This document shows positions 23,188 through 31,749 of a stretch of DNA of 32,000 nucleotides, piece by piece. Source of the DNA: Candidatus Saccharimonadota bacterium (GTDB lineage Bacteria; Patescibacteriota; Patescibacteriia; 2-12-FULL-60-25); assembly GCA_023898425.1 (NCBI GenBank), contig CP060222.1, positions 660,001-692,000 of the forward strand, given 5' to 3'. Position numbers and translations under genes: made by a program. Each line of letters opens with the position of its first letter. The first letter of the stretch is position 1. A model generated the notes under the pieces. That model was not told where the DNA came from. It saw only the letters and a program-made list of their open reading frames with translations, and searched no databases.

Positions 23188-24447
23188 TTTGCGTGTCTCG
23201 AGCGAGATCTCCATGAGACGATTGTATTTTTCGACGCGCTCAGAACGAGAGAGACTACCGGTTTTGATATAGTCTGATCCGCAAGCATAAGCAAGGTCAG
23301 CAATAAACGTATCCGACGTTTCTCCTGAGCGATGCGAGATCGCTGTTTTAAAACCATTGGTATGAGCCATGATAATGGCTTCGACCGTTTCTGTGACTGT
23401 ACCGATTTGATTTGGCTTAATAAGAATAGCATTTGCTGCTTTTTCTTCTATTCCACGCTTAAGACGATCGACATTTGTGACAAAGAAATCATCACCAACA
23501 ATAACAGACTTCTTTTTAAGTTTTGGTAACGCTTTGATCCAGGCAGCCCAATCATCTTCGGCAAATGGATCTTCTATAGATTCGAGAGGATACTTTTTTT
23601 TGTAACTCGAGATACCGTTGCGTTAACTCATCCGATGTATAGGTCTTACCCTCAGTCTTCATCTCGTAGACACCTTTTTGGCGTTATAAAATTCAGAGGC
23701 GGCAATGTCTGTAGCGAGCGTGATATCTTTACCGGGTTTATAACCCGCTTTTTTAATAGCTTGAACCAGCACATCAAAAGCATTTTCTATTGTGTGAAGC
23801 TGTGGCGCAAAACCACCTTCATCACCTACCGTCGTTGTAAAACCGTTTTGCTTTAAGATCCCCGCTAGGGCATGAAATACTTCAGAGCCTGCTCGAATAC
23901 GCTCTTCGATAGTGCGTTGTTTTGGAACAATCATGCACTCTTGGACATCGAGTGACCAGTTTGCATGAGCGCCACCATTTAAAACGTTCATGGTAGGGAT
24001 AGGCATCTTTGCTGCACGCGGAAACGCGTAGATACGTCTTAAGGTTTTCCACAATGGTTCTTTACGATGCATCGCTACCGCTTCGGCACAAGCAATCGAA
24101 ACCGCAAGCATCGCATTTGCTCCAAGATGGGATTTTGTTGCTGTGCCATCCAGCTCTCTCATTTTTTCATCAATAGAGGTGAGTTTTGCCGCATTCATGC
24201 CTTTTAAGGCGCTCGCAATAGGTCCATTGACGTGTTTTACCGCTTTAAGAACACCTTTGCCACCATAGCGCTTACCACCATCACGAAGCTCTAAAGCTTC
24301 ATGTGAGCCTGTAGAAGCTCCGCTTGGTACTCTCGATTCTGCTGACGCACCAGAAGAGAGTGTCACGCGACACGCGACGGTTGGATTGCCTCGAGAGTCG
24401 AGAATTTCTCGTGCAACGATAGATTTTATTTTTGTATTAATAAACAT
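23185..24447 (-). pseudogene. eno: Enolase, interrupted by two compensating 1-nt frameshifts at homopolymer tracts
   Basis: The N-terminal 258 aa (…AASEFYNAKK) and the C-terminal part ([16 protein letters not shown]...[16 protein letters not shown]...[18 protein letters not shown]) share one frame. The conserved segment [27 protein letters not shown] between them is encoded in a different frame. As written, the main frame hits TGA at 23659..23661. Confidence 0.9.
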
Positions 24448-24471
24448 AAAGGACGCTTACTCATTACCCTA

Positions 24472-25227
24472 TTAACGAATTTCAAAGGTCACCGAGATAT
24501 CTGCTTCTACATCAAGTGAACCTGGCTTAATATCAGGAGCTTGTGCAACAGCGTCTTCAGCACGGAAGGTATAAATCGGAGGTGTTGGTGCATTTGAAGA
24601 ACTCTCAGAGAACGTTACGATACGGACGATAGAAACACCCATGGCTTTTGCAAGCATGTCTGCCTTTTCGCGGGCATCAGCTATTGCTTCGGCACGAGCT
24701 TGTACTTTTAATGCCGTTGGATCATCTACAGAAAAACGGACGCCATTTACTTGATTTGCGCCTAATGAACCTGCCTTAGCAAGCACATTACCTACCTCGC
24801 CTAAATCACGTACTTTTACGTGGAGGTTTTGCGAGACGGCGTACCCACTAATGCGCTGCGCACCGTCTGTATAATCGTAACGTGGTGAGATATTGTAGTT
24901 CGTTGTTTGGATATCTTCTTCGGCAATACCCATCTGTTGTAATGCTGCGATAATACTATTCACCTTTTGTGTATTTTCGTTTTGGATGGTTGGAACATCG
25001 CTTCCTTCGCTATAAAGACCGAGGTCAATATCAGCAAGATCGGGCTTACTCGAAATGGAGCCGCTTCCGTCAATCGTAATCGTATCACGGCTTCTCGGAG
25101 CCTGACCGACTTCATTTGTTTCTTTATACACCTTCAATGTACTCACCAATAAAAACAATGTGAGAGCGCTTAGTGCGATGCTCCCAGCAATATGAACAGC
25201 TGAAGGTGATTTTGTTGTAGTAGCCAT
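24472..25227 (-). CDS. SIMPL/DUF541 family protein (YggE-like periplasmic/immunogenic protein family)
   Basis: 251 aa with an N-terminal anchor, SAVHIAGSIALSALTLFLLV. The segments ITIDGSGSISSKPDLADIDLGL...NYNISPRYDY...ISGYAVSQNLHVKVRDL...GANQVNGVRFSVDD...ARAEAIADAREKADMLAKAMG follow the SIMPL pattern. Confidence 0.78.
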   Translation of the reverse strand: MATTTKSPSAVHIAGSIALSALTLFLLVSTLKVYKETNEVGQAPRSRDTITIDGSGSISSKPDLADIDLGLYSEGSDVPTIQNENTQKVNSIIAALQQMGIAEEDIQTTNYNISPRYDYTDGAQRISGYAVSQNLHVKVRDLGEVGNVLAKAGSLGANQVNGVRFSVDDPTALKVQARAEAIADAREKADMLAKAMGVSIVRIVTFSESSSNAPTPPIYTFRAEDAVAQAPDIKPGSLDVEADISVTFEIR

Positions 25228-25256
25228 AAGGTGCGTTTAAGAATCTTACCTACATC

Positions 25257-26444
25257 TTAACGTAATTGTTTTAATCCAGGTAGGTCACCATTATTTGCAA
25301 GGAATTCAAGCATCGCTCCTCCGCCCGTAGAGACAAAATCTATCTGTGATAATGCCTTCGCTTGCGCGATAACCGGGATCGTATCACCACCGCCGCAAAT
25401 ACTTAAGGCAGCATCAGAGCGTTTTGCGATACTTTTTGCAATAAATCTCGAACCAAATCCCGTTGAGAACACCTCACTTAATCCGAGAGGTCCATTCCAA
25501 ACAATAGTCTTTGCTTTTTGAATATGACCGTGCCACTCACGGAGTGTTTTTGGACCAATATCAACAATAATATCGTCTTTTTCTATTTGGTCTATCGTTA
25601 CTTTGCGAAGTCGTGGCTGCAATGAAAGTTTTTTTGTTACGATTACATCTACTGGCAACAAAATCGTTTTTTCTTTGAGTAATTTTTTTACTATCGGCAA
25701 TGCCTCTGCCTCATAATAAGACGCCCCAATCGAATGATTGTGCATTTTTATAAATAACGCTGCCATTGCTCCACCAATACAAAGCGTATCCACATTTTTT
25801 GTTAATGACTTAATGATACTTGCTTTTGTAGTTAGTTTTTTACCTCCGAGGATCGCTAAATAAGGCGAAGCTGTTTTCTTTAACAATTTACTCAAATTCG
25901 TAACTTCATCAATAAGAGCGGGTCCCGCATAACTCTCCATGAGCGATGCAAGACCTACGACCGTTGTGTGCTTTCTATGACATGAAGCAAAGGCGTCATT
26001 AACAAATATCCCACCTAATGACGCGTAAGCTTTTGCTAACGACTTATCATTCAGCATCTCTTTTTTTTCAAATCGTACGTTCTCTAAGAGAAAACAGGTT
26101 CCCGGCTCTGCATCTTGGATCTGTTTTTGCATCGCTTTTAGATCTTTTGCTTTCGTGACCGATCCCTCAAGATAAACAATATTCATCCCAATCGCTTTTT
26201 TTACAATAAGAACGAGTCTCTTGGTAGAAAATGGTGCTTCACGTTTTTTTGGCCTGCCGATATGCGTTAAAAAAATTGGCTTTGCACCACGCTCCACTAA
26301 CTCACCAATAAGCACCTTAGAACGCTGTAACTTGAGATGATGCTCAGCTTCGAGCGAGCCATTGAGCGGGATATTCCAATCAACCCGTACTAAGACAGGC
26401 TGTTGGTCGAGTTTATGTTTTGCCGATAATGTACGAAGTTTCAT
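25257..26444 (-). CDS. pgk: Phosphoglycerate kinase
   Basis: 395 aa. VLVRVDWNIPL..., FLLENVRFEKKE and GGGDT... are PGK hallmarks. Confidence 0.93.
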   Translation of the reverse strand: MKLRTLSAKHKLDQQPVLVRVDWNIPLNGSLEAEHHLKLQRSKVLIGELVERGAKPIFLTHIGRPKKREAPFSTKRLVLIVKKAIGMNIVYLEGSVTKAKDLKAMQKQIQDAEPGTCFLLENVRFEKKEMLNDKSLAKAYASLGGIFVNDAFASCHRKHTTVVGLASLMESYAGPALIDEVTNLSKLLKKTASPYLAILGGKKLTTKASIIKSLTKNVDTLCIGGAMAALFIKMHNHSIGASYYEAEALPIVKKLLKEKTILLPVDVIVTKKLSLQPRLRKVTIDQIEKDDIIVDIGPKTLREWHGHIQKAKTIVWNGPLGLSEVFSTGFGSRFIAKSIAKRSDAALSICGGGDTIPVIAQAKALSQIDFVSTGGGAMLEFLANNGDLPGLKQLR

Positions 26445-26453
26445 GGTGTGATA

Positions 26454-27461
26454 TTAACGAAGGTTTTTACCAACCTCGAGCGACATCTCTGCAAGTCGAT
26501 TTGAGTATCCCCACTCATTATCATACCAAGCGATGACTTTTACCATATCACCATCAACAACCTTGGTGAGCTCTAGATCTACAATACAACTTGCTGGATT
26601 GCCAATAAAATCAGAAGAGACAAGGGGTTCATTCGTTACTTCTAGAATACCCTTGTAACGAATATTACTGGCCGCTTTTTTGAGCGCCTTGTTTACATCT
26701 TCGACACTCGTTTTCTTTTTTAAGAGAAAGGTAAAATCTGAGAGTGAAACCACAGGTACCGGAACACGAATCGATAAGCCATCAAACAATCCTTTGAGCT
26801 CAGGAATAACCTCGGTTGTGGCGATGGCAGCACCCGTTGTTGTAGGGATGATGTTTTCTGCCGCGGCACGTGCACGACGCAAATCACGATGTGGTCCATC
26901 TTGAAGATTTTGATCTGCGGTGTACCCATGGATGGTTGTCATCATGGCTTTTTTTACACCAAAGACATCATTCATGATCGCGGCAACAGGCGAAATGCAA
27001 TTTGTGGTACAGCTCGCATTATTGATGACTTTTGCTTTTTTGCCTGCACCTTTTTCGTTTACACCAATAACATGTGTTGGGATCTCACCGCCTTTTGACG
27101 GCGCGCTAATAATGACGCGTTTTGCACCAGCCTCAATATGCTTAGAAGCACCTTCTAAATCCGTAAAACGTCCGGTGCATTCGAGCACAACATCAATACC
27201 AAGTTTTGCCCAAGGTAATTGCGTTGGGTCCTTTTCTGAAAAAACCTGGATCTTTTTACGTCCAACCGTAATCGATTTTGCGTCTGAGGAGATCTCTTGA
27301 TTCCAACGACGATATACGGTGTCATGCTTTAATAAATGCGTTAACGTTGCAGTATCGGTAAGATCATTAATCGCGACAACTTCAAAACCTGGCAAGGCAA
27401 ACCCTGCGCGTAAAACATTGCGGCCAATGCGGCCAAAACCATTTATTGCAATACGTGTCAT
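26454..27461 (-). CDS. gap: Type I glyceraldehyde-3-phosphate dehydrogenase
   Basis: 335 aa. It carries the Rossmann motif MTRIAINGFGRIGRNVLRA, the catalytic NASCTTNC and the C-terminal WYDNEWGYSNR. Confidence 0.95.
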   Translation of the reverse strand: MTRIAINGFGRIGRNVLRAGFALPGFEVVAINDLTDTATLTHLLKHDTVYRRWNQEISSDAKSITVGRKKIQVFSEKDPTQLPWAKLGIDVVLECTGRFTDLEGASKHIEAGAKRVIISAPSKGGEIPTHVIGVNEKGAGKKAKVINNASCTTNCISPVAAIMNDVFGVKKAMMTTIHGYTADQNLQDGPHRDLRRARAAAENIIPTTTGAAIATTEVIPELKGLFDGLSIRVPVPVVSLSDFTFLLKKKTSVEDVNKALKKAASNIRYKGILEVTNEPLVSSDFIGNPASCIVDLELTKVVDGDMVKVIAWYDNEWGYSNRLAEMSLEVGKNLR

Positions 27462-27487
27462 AAGGAGCGGTAGGAGAGATTAACAAC

Positions 27488-28411
27488 TTAGTATTTTTTA
27501 AATTCGCGTTCTTCTTTGCGTGATTTGTACAAGAAGAAAAAGGCTAAAAACAGGGTTCCTCCAGCAATTGCCCAAAGCCAAGGATAATTAAAGAGTGAAT
27601 CTTTGTTTGCACGCTCAGTTGTTGCACCCAATACTCTGCCTTCGGTAGGCGCATCGGTCGTATCTGTTGTTGGCATGATGACCGTGCTTGTTGTTGGCTC
27701 GGTGGGTATAACAGGAGGTGGCGTTGTTGGATCCGGTTCTGATTTATTTGGGTCAAGCGGAAAAGCATCGTCTTTATCACCTACGCCATCACCATCGGTA
27801 TCAAACTTTAATGGATTCGTGCCAATAGCCTGCTCCTGAAAATCGTAGAGACCATCATTGTCGTCATCTGAGTCTTCGGAATCATCGATGCCATCACCGT
27901 CAGTATCTTTGGACTTTTTTGGATCTTTTGGAAATTGATCCTTGGTATCAGGGACTCCGTCATTGTCGTCATCTGGATCAATCTCATCGCCAATACCATC
28001 ACCATCATTATCACGATCAACAAAGAACGTAATAGACGCTGAATCACCTATAACACCGTTCTCCCCTTTTGTATCAACGCGTAATGCGTGGTTACCATAT
28101 TCTGATGGTTTCCAGGCAATCCATACTTCTTCGGCTAGACCATCCTTTTTGTAGGAGATTGGCTTTGTGCCAATGAGCTTGTTATTGGCATAGAATAATA
28201 CGTCACCTTCGGTGTCACGTTTGCAGAGCGGTTGAACCGTGGCATAAATCTTGGCTGAATAACCAACAAAAGGAGCCGCTGGCAAAACACTAATATCCTC
28301 ATTACGGATAGAAAGCGTACATCCCGCAGCATCAGTTGCTGCTAAAGCTGGCGACGAAACAATAAGCATCGCTGCCACAAAGAGGGGTACGGAAAAGCGT
28401 GATAAGTTCAT
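27488..28411 (-). CDS. Secreted protein: signal peptide, Ig-like N-domain, long TSP3-like acidic Ca-binding repeat region, Pro/Thr linker and C-terminal TM anchor with basic tail
   Basis: The ORF-track start at 28435 is TTG; the ATG at 28409..28411 gives [24 protein letters not shown]|ATD. The repeats are [24 protein letters not shown]...[22 protein letters not shown]...[12 protein letters not shown]. The C-terminus is [30 protein letters not shown]. Confidence 0.78.
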   Translation of the reverse strand: MNLSRFSVPLFVAAMLIVSSPALAATDAAGCTLSIRNEDISVLPAAPFVGYSAKIYATVQPLCKRDTEGDVLFYANNKLIGTKPISYKKDGLAEEVWIAWKPSEYGNHALRVDTKGENGVIGDSASITFFVDRDNDGDGIGDEIDPDDDNDGVPDTKDQFPKDPKKSKDTDGDGIDDSEDSDDDNDGLYDFQEQAIGTNPLKFDTDGDGVGDKDDAFPLDPNKSEPDPTTPPPVIPTEPTTSTVIMPTTDTTDAPTEGRVLGATTERANKDSLFNYPWLWAIAGGTLFLAFFFLYKSRKEEREFKKY

Positions 28412-28470
28412 ATCTGCTACAAGGATAACATACAAACATCTCCCCTCGAACCCCCTACCCCCAACAAACG

Positions 28471-28500
28471 AAACACACCCCCAAATGTGGGGGTGTGTTT
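28471..28500 (-). terminator. Hairpin terminator after tsf
   Basis: An 11-bp stem ACACACCCCCA/TGGGGGTGTGT (28473..28483 and 28488..28498) has a 4-nt loop. A T-rich run follows on the minus strand (TTTCGTTTGTTG) and TTTT on the plus strand. Confidence 0.55.
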
Positions 28501-28528
28501 TACACTATCGTACCTGGGGGGTGAGCGC

Positions 28529-29143
28529 TTAGCAGGTCTGACCCGACGGAGCGGACATCACCATGCGTGAAAAACGCGTTACTTCGATTTTTTCACCACT
28601 CTTTGCAGAAAGAGCTGTGATAAGTTGCTCGATTGTCATATCCTCATCTTTGATAAAGGATTGTTTGGTCAAACAAACATCTGAGTACCACTTTGTGAGT
28701 TTGCCTTCAATGATCTTTGCCTTAATATCTTCTGGTTTTTTATCATCGGCCATCTCAGCAGCAAATTCTGCTTTCTTTGCTTCGAGTACGTCAGCAGGAA
28801 TAGCCTCTGGGCTTACATATGTAGGCTCTACAGCAGCTACCTGAAGCGCAAGATCATTTGCCAAGTTCTTAAAATCATCACCGCGTGCGACAAAGTCTGT
28901 CTCACAGGTAAGCTCAACGATTGAAGCAAGCTTACCATTGTGATGAAGGTAGGTTGCCAGCAAGCCTTCGGTTGCATCACGTTCTGATGCTTTCTTTGCG
29001 GCTTTGATAGCACCTTTCTTTTTAAGAACTTCGATCGCTTTGTCCATATCACCACCTGCTTCTTCGAGAGCGTTTTTACAGTCAACGATACCAGCAGAAG
29101 TGCGATTACGGAGCTCCATGACGAGCTTGTTGTCGATAGCCAT
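28529..29143 (-). CDS. tsf: Elongation factor Ts (short form)
   Basis: MAIDNKLVMELRNRTSAGIVDCKNALEEAGGDMDKAIEVLKKKG is the UBA-like EF-Ts N-terminus, followed by ...LTCETDFVARGDDF. The ORF-track start at 29188 is an upstream GTG; the ATG at 29141..29143 fits the family. It lies downstream of rpsB. Confidence 0.9.
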   Translation of the reverse strand: MAIDNKLVMELRNRTSAGIVDCKNALEEAGGDMDKAIEVLKKKGAIKAAKKASERDATEGLLATYLHHNGKLASIVELTCETDFVARGDDFKNLANDLALQVAAVEPTYVSPEAIPADVLEAKKAEFAAEMADDKKPEDIKAKIIEGKLTKWYSDVCLTKQSFIKDEDMTIEQLITALSAKSGEKIEVTRFSRMVMSAPSGQTC

Positions 29144-29196
29144 AATTGTTTTGAATGTTATGAGGTCAGCAGAACAGTCTCTACCCACCTTCGGTA

Positions 29197-29964
29197 TTAA
29201 TTTTTCTTGAGTTGAGCAAACGAACGCGCTTGAGGTGAAGCAACGAGCGTATTACCTAAACGCGCACGGTTGGATTCCCATTCTTTTTTACCATCAAGGA
29301 TAGCACCAGAAACAATGTCAGCCATCATTTGAATAGCTTTTACGGCGTCATCATTCGCAGGGATTGGGTAATCGATATCTGTTGGGTTGACGTTAGAGTC
29401 ACAGACAGCAACAACTTTTACACCACGGCGAGCCGCTTCTTGAAGAGCTGTTTTGTCTTTCTTTACATCAAAGATGAAGAGAGCATCAGGTACACGGTTC
29501 ATTTCTTGGATACCACCGATCTTGTCTTCGAGAAGCTTGATCTGTTCTGCAAAGCGAAGCTGTTCGAGCTTAGTAAATTTACCGAGCTCACCTTTTTCTT
29601 GCTTACGCTTAAGATCCTTCAATTTGCGAATCTGTGAAGCGATGGAAGCAAAGTTTGTAAGTGTACCACCGAGCCAGCGCTTATTGATATAAGGCATGCC
29701 TGCAGCAATAGCAGCGGTCTCAACGATTTGAGAAGCTTGCTTTTTTGTACCAACAAACAAAATAGTACCACCACGAGCCGCTGTCTTTTTCATAAAAGTG
29801 AGCGCTTCGTCGAGAGCCTTTGTTGTCTCTTCGAGGTTGATGATATGGATACCTTGGCGTTGACCAAAAATGAATTTCTTCATTTTAGGGTGCCATTTTG
29901 AGGTCTGGTGACCGAAGTGCATGCCTGATTGAAGCATGTCCTCCATGGAAGGGAGTTTTGACAT
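29197..29964 (-). CDS. rpsB: 30S ribosomal protein S2
   Basis: 255 aa. MEDMLQSGMHFGHQTSKWHPKMKKFIFGQRQGIHIINLEET is the S2 signature. An AAGGA Shine-Dalgarno sequence lies about 8 nt upstream. Confidence 0.95.
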   Translation of the reverse strand: MSKLPSMEDMLQSGMHFGHQTSKWHPKMKKFIFGQRQGIHIINLEETTKALDEALTFMKKTAARGGTILFVGTKKQASQIVETAAIAAGMPYINKRWLGGTLTNFASIASQIRKLKDLKRKQEKGELGKFTKLEQLRFAEQIKLLEDKIGGIQEMNRVPDALFIFDVKKDKTALQEAARRGVKVVAVCDSNVNPTDIDYPIPANDDAVKAIQMMADIVSGAILDGKKEWESNRARLGNTLVASPQARSFAQLKKN

Positions 29965-30067
29965 AGAAAATTCCTTTTATTCGTTCATCCCAGGCCCCTC
30001 TAACTCCAGAGGAGAAAGGAAAAAGGGTGCCGTATAGCGGGGTAGACGAGGGTTAATTAGTGCCAGA

Positions 30068-30096
30068 ATCCTACCCAATATCCCCTTTTTTGGCAA
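30068..30096 (-). promoter_or_regulatory. Promoter-like site for rpsB-tsf: TTGCCA, 17-nt spacer, TAGGAT
   Basis: On the minus strand the -35 is the complement of 30091..30096 and the -10 is the complement of 30068..30073, with an exact 17-nt spacer. This implies a leader of about 95 nt. Confidence 0.4.
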
Positions 30097-30125
30097 GTCT
30101 TAGACAAAAAACAAAAAAATAATAA

Positions 30126-30149
30126 TAAAAAACGAGGATTACTCCTCGT
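30126..30149 (-). terminator. Intrinsic terminator of prfA, with the stop codon in the hairpin loop
   Basis: The minus strand reads CGAGGA-GTAA-TCCTCG followed by TTTTTTATTATTATTTTTTTG. The stem is 30133..30138 paired with 30143..30148. Confidence 0.72.
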
Positions 30150-31209
30150 CTTCGTTGCCTTGTTTGCCTGATTTTACCGCTAGTACGATTTGCTCCATAT
30201 CCCCATCCATAATCAATGGTAAGTTATGCCATGATTTTTTGATGCGATGATCAGTGATACGATCTTGCGGATAGTTGTAGGTACGAATCTTTTCTGAACG
30301 ATCACCTGTACCGATTTGAGAACGACGATCCGCATCGAGTTCGGCGTGACGTTTTGCTTCTTCCATCTCCCAAAGACGAGATCTAAGCACCGTCATAGCA
30401 CGTTCTTTGTTTTGGAGCTGTGAACGCTCATCCTGACAAGATACCGACAACCCCGAAGGAAGATGTGTAATACGTACGGCAGATTTAGTTGTATTCACCG
30501 ATTGTCCACCTTTACCACCAGCACAAAATGTATCAATACGTAGATCTTTTGCTTCGATGACTACCTCGGTTTCTTCGAGCTCAGGCATAACTGCAACAGA
30601 AGCCGTCGAGGTATGAATACGCCCTTGCTTTTCAGTGCTCGGCACACGCTGAACGCGATGCACACCAGACTCGAACTTATACCAACCATAGGCTCCCGTG
30701 CCTTGAATTCCCAAGATAACTTCTTTGTAACCGCCGGTTTCATTGGTGGATTCGGACAATAGATTGGACTTCCAACCACGACGCTCAGCAAAACGAAGAT
30801 ACATTCGTAAAAGATCCCCCGCAAAAAGCCCCGCTTCATCGCCACCGGCACCGGCACGGATTTCCATAATAATGTCGTTTTGATCATGTGGATCAGGCGG
30901 TACGAGAGCAATCTCAAATGCCTCTTCAGCAATAGCGAGCTCCGGCTGAATCCGAGCGAGCTCTTCGAGGCCCATTGCCTTCATTTCTTCATCCCCTGAG
31001 GCTATTGCCTCTTCGGCATCCTCAAGCGCTTGAGCCAATCCCAAATAACGATCAGCTACGTCGGCGAGCTGTCTTGCGTGGTTAAAAACCATGGACGCTT
31101 CTTTGATGAGCTTTTGGCTAGCAAGCGTTTCAGGGAGCGCTAGCTTTGCCTCTGCTGCTTGAACAGCTGTTTTTGCTTCTAACGCCTTTTGTTTAAGAGA
31201 ATGATTCAT
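30139..31209 (-). CDS. prfA: Peptide chain release factor 1
   Basis: 356 aa. It has the GGQ motif ([23 protein letters not shown]) and an RF1-type tripeptide region, [17 protein letters not shown] (P-x-T, not SPF). Confidence 0.93.
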   Translation of the reverse strand: MNHSLKQKALEAKTAVQAAEAKLALPETLASQKLIKEASMVFNHARQLADVADRYLGLAQALEDAEEAIASGDEEMKAMGLEELARIQPELAIAEEAFEIALVPPDPHDQNDIIMEIRAGAGGDEAGLFAGDLLRMYLRFAERRGWKSNLLSESTNETGGYKEVILGIQGTGAYGWYKFESGVHRVQRVPSTEKQGRIHTSTASVAVMPELEETEVVIEAKDLRIDTFCAGGKGGQSVNTTKSAVRITHLPSGLSVSCQDERSQLQNKERAMTVLRSRLWEMEEAKRHAELDADRRSQIGTGDRSEKIRTYNYPQDRITDHRIKKSWHNLPLIMDGDMEQIVLAVKSGKQGNEDEE

Positions 31210-31234
31210 ATTATTTTATAAGTTTTATGATAGC

Positions 31235-31301
31235 AAAAACCCCTGTCTCATAACACTTATTGCGACAAAACGTCGCAAAAAATGCTGAAAACAGGGGTTT
31301 T
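31235..31301 (-). terminator. Nested hairpin between rpmE and prfA (terminator or attenuator-like)
   Basis: The outer 11-bp stem AAAACCCCTGT/ACAGGGGTTTT (31236..31246 and 31291..31301) encloses the inner hairpin TTGCGAC-AAAAC-GTCGCAA (31260..31278). On the minus strand the outer stem ends in a T-run. Confidence 0.5.
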
Positions 31302-31305
31302 CTAG

Positions 31306-31605
31306 CTAAGCACCGATTTCAACTGTAGCGTTTGCGTTGCGTTTTTCTGCTTTAACCGCTGCGCGTTTTGCGTTTTTTGCCTTCTTGCCTGAAGCGTCTT
31401 CTTGCTTAAGAGAAGCAAGACGAGCAAATTTATCAATACGACCTGCTGCATCGATAAGATTTTGCTTACCAGTGTAGAAAGGATGGCATTGATTACAAAG
31501 TTCAACGCTAATTTCAGGAAGTGTTGAACCTACTTTTACGGTGTTTCCACAAGAGCACGTAATGACGGAATCTTTGTGGTATGTTGGGTGAATGGCTGCC
31601 TTCAT
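31306..31605 (-). CDS. rpmE: 50S ribosomal protein L31 (Cys-containing, Zn-ribbon type) with a Lys/Ala-rich C-terminal extension
   Basis: MKAAIHPTYHKDSVITCSCGNTVKVGSTLPEISVELCNQCHPFYTGKQ matches L31. The ATG at 31603..31605 is preferred because the upstream ORF-track start at 31656 falls inside the predicted -35 element. Confidence 0.88.
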   Translation of the reverse strand: MKAAIHPTYHKDSVITCSCGNTVKVGSTLPEISVELCNQCHPFYTGKQNLIDAAGRIDKFARLASLKQEDASGKKAKNAKRAAVKAEKRNANATVEIGA

Positions 31606-31627
31606 ATGGGTATTTGAGAATGCGCAG

Positions 31628-31656
31628 ATACTAGCAGAACCTTCGAAAATACGCAA
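31628..31656 (-). promoter_or_regulatory. Promoter-like site for rpmE: TTGCGT, 17-nt spacer, TAGTAT
   Basis: On the minus strand the -35 is the complement of 31651..31656 and the -10 is the complement of 31628..31633, with a 17-nt spacer. The leader is short (about 15 nt). Confidence 0.45.
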
Positions 31657-31749
31657 GACAAAGGCTTCGTTATCACCTTTTAGCAGTATTGACGGGCTAT
31701 GTTAGTAGCCTTAGGGTTTAAATGACTCGTACCGGAGGAGATGCCCGTC

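Noticed and set aside
23115-23432. 105-aa minus-strand ORF overlapping the eno 3' region and crossing the terminator.
   Set aside because: It is out of frame with the conserved enolase C-terminus ([16 protein letters not shown]...) encoded on the same DNA, so it is a shadow ORF.
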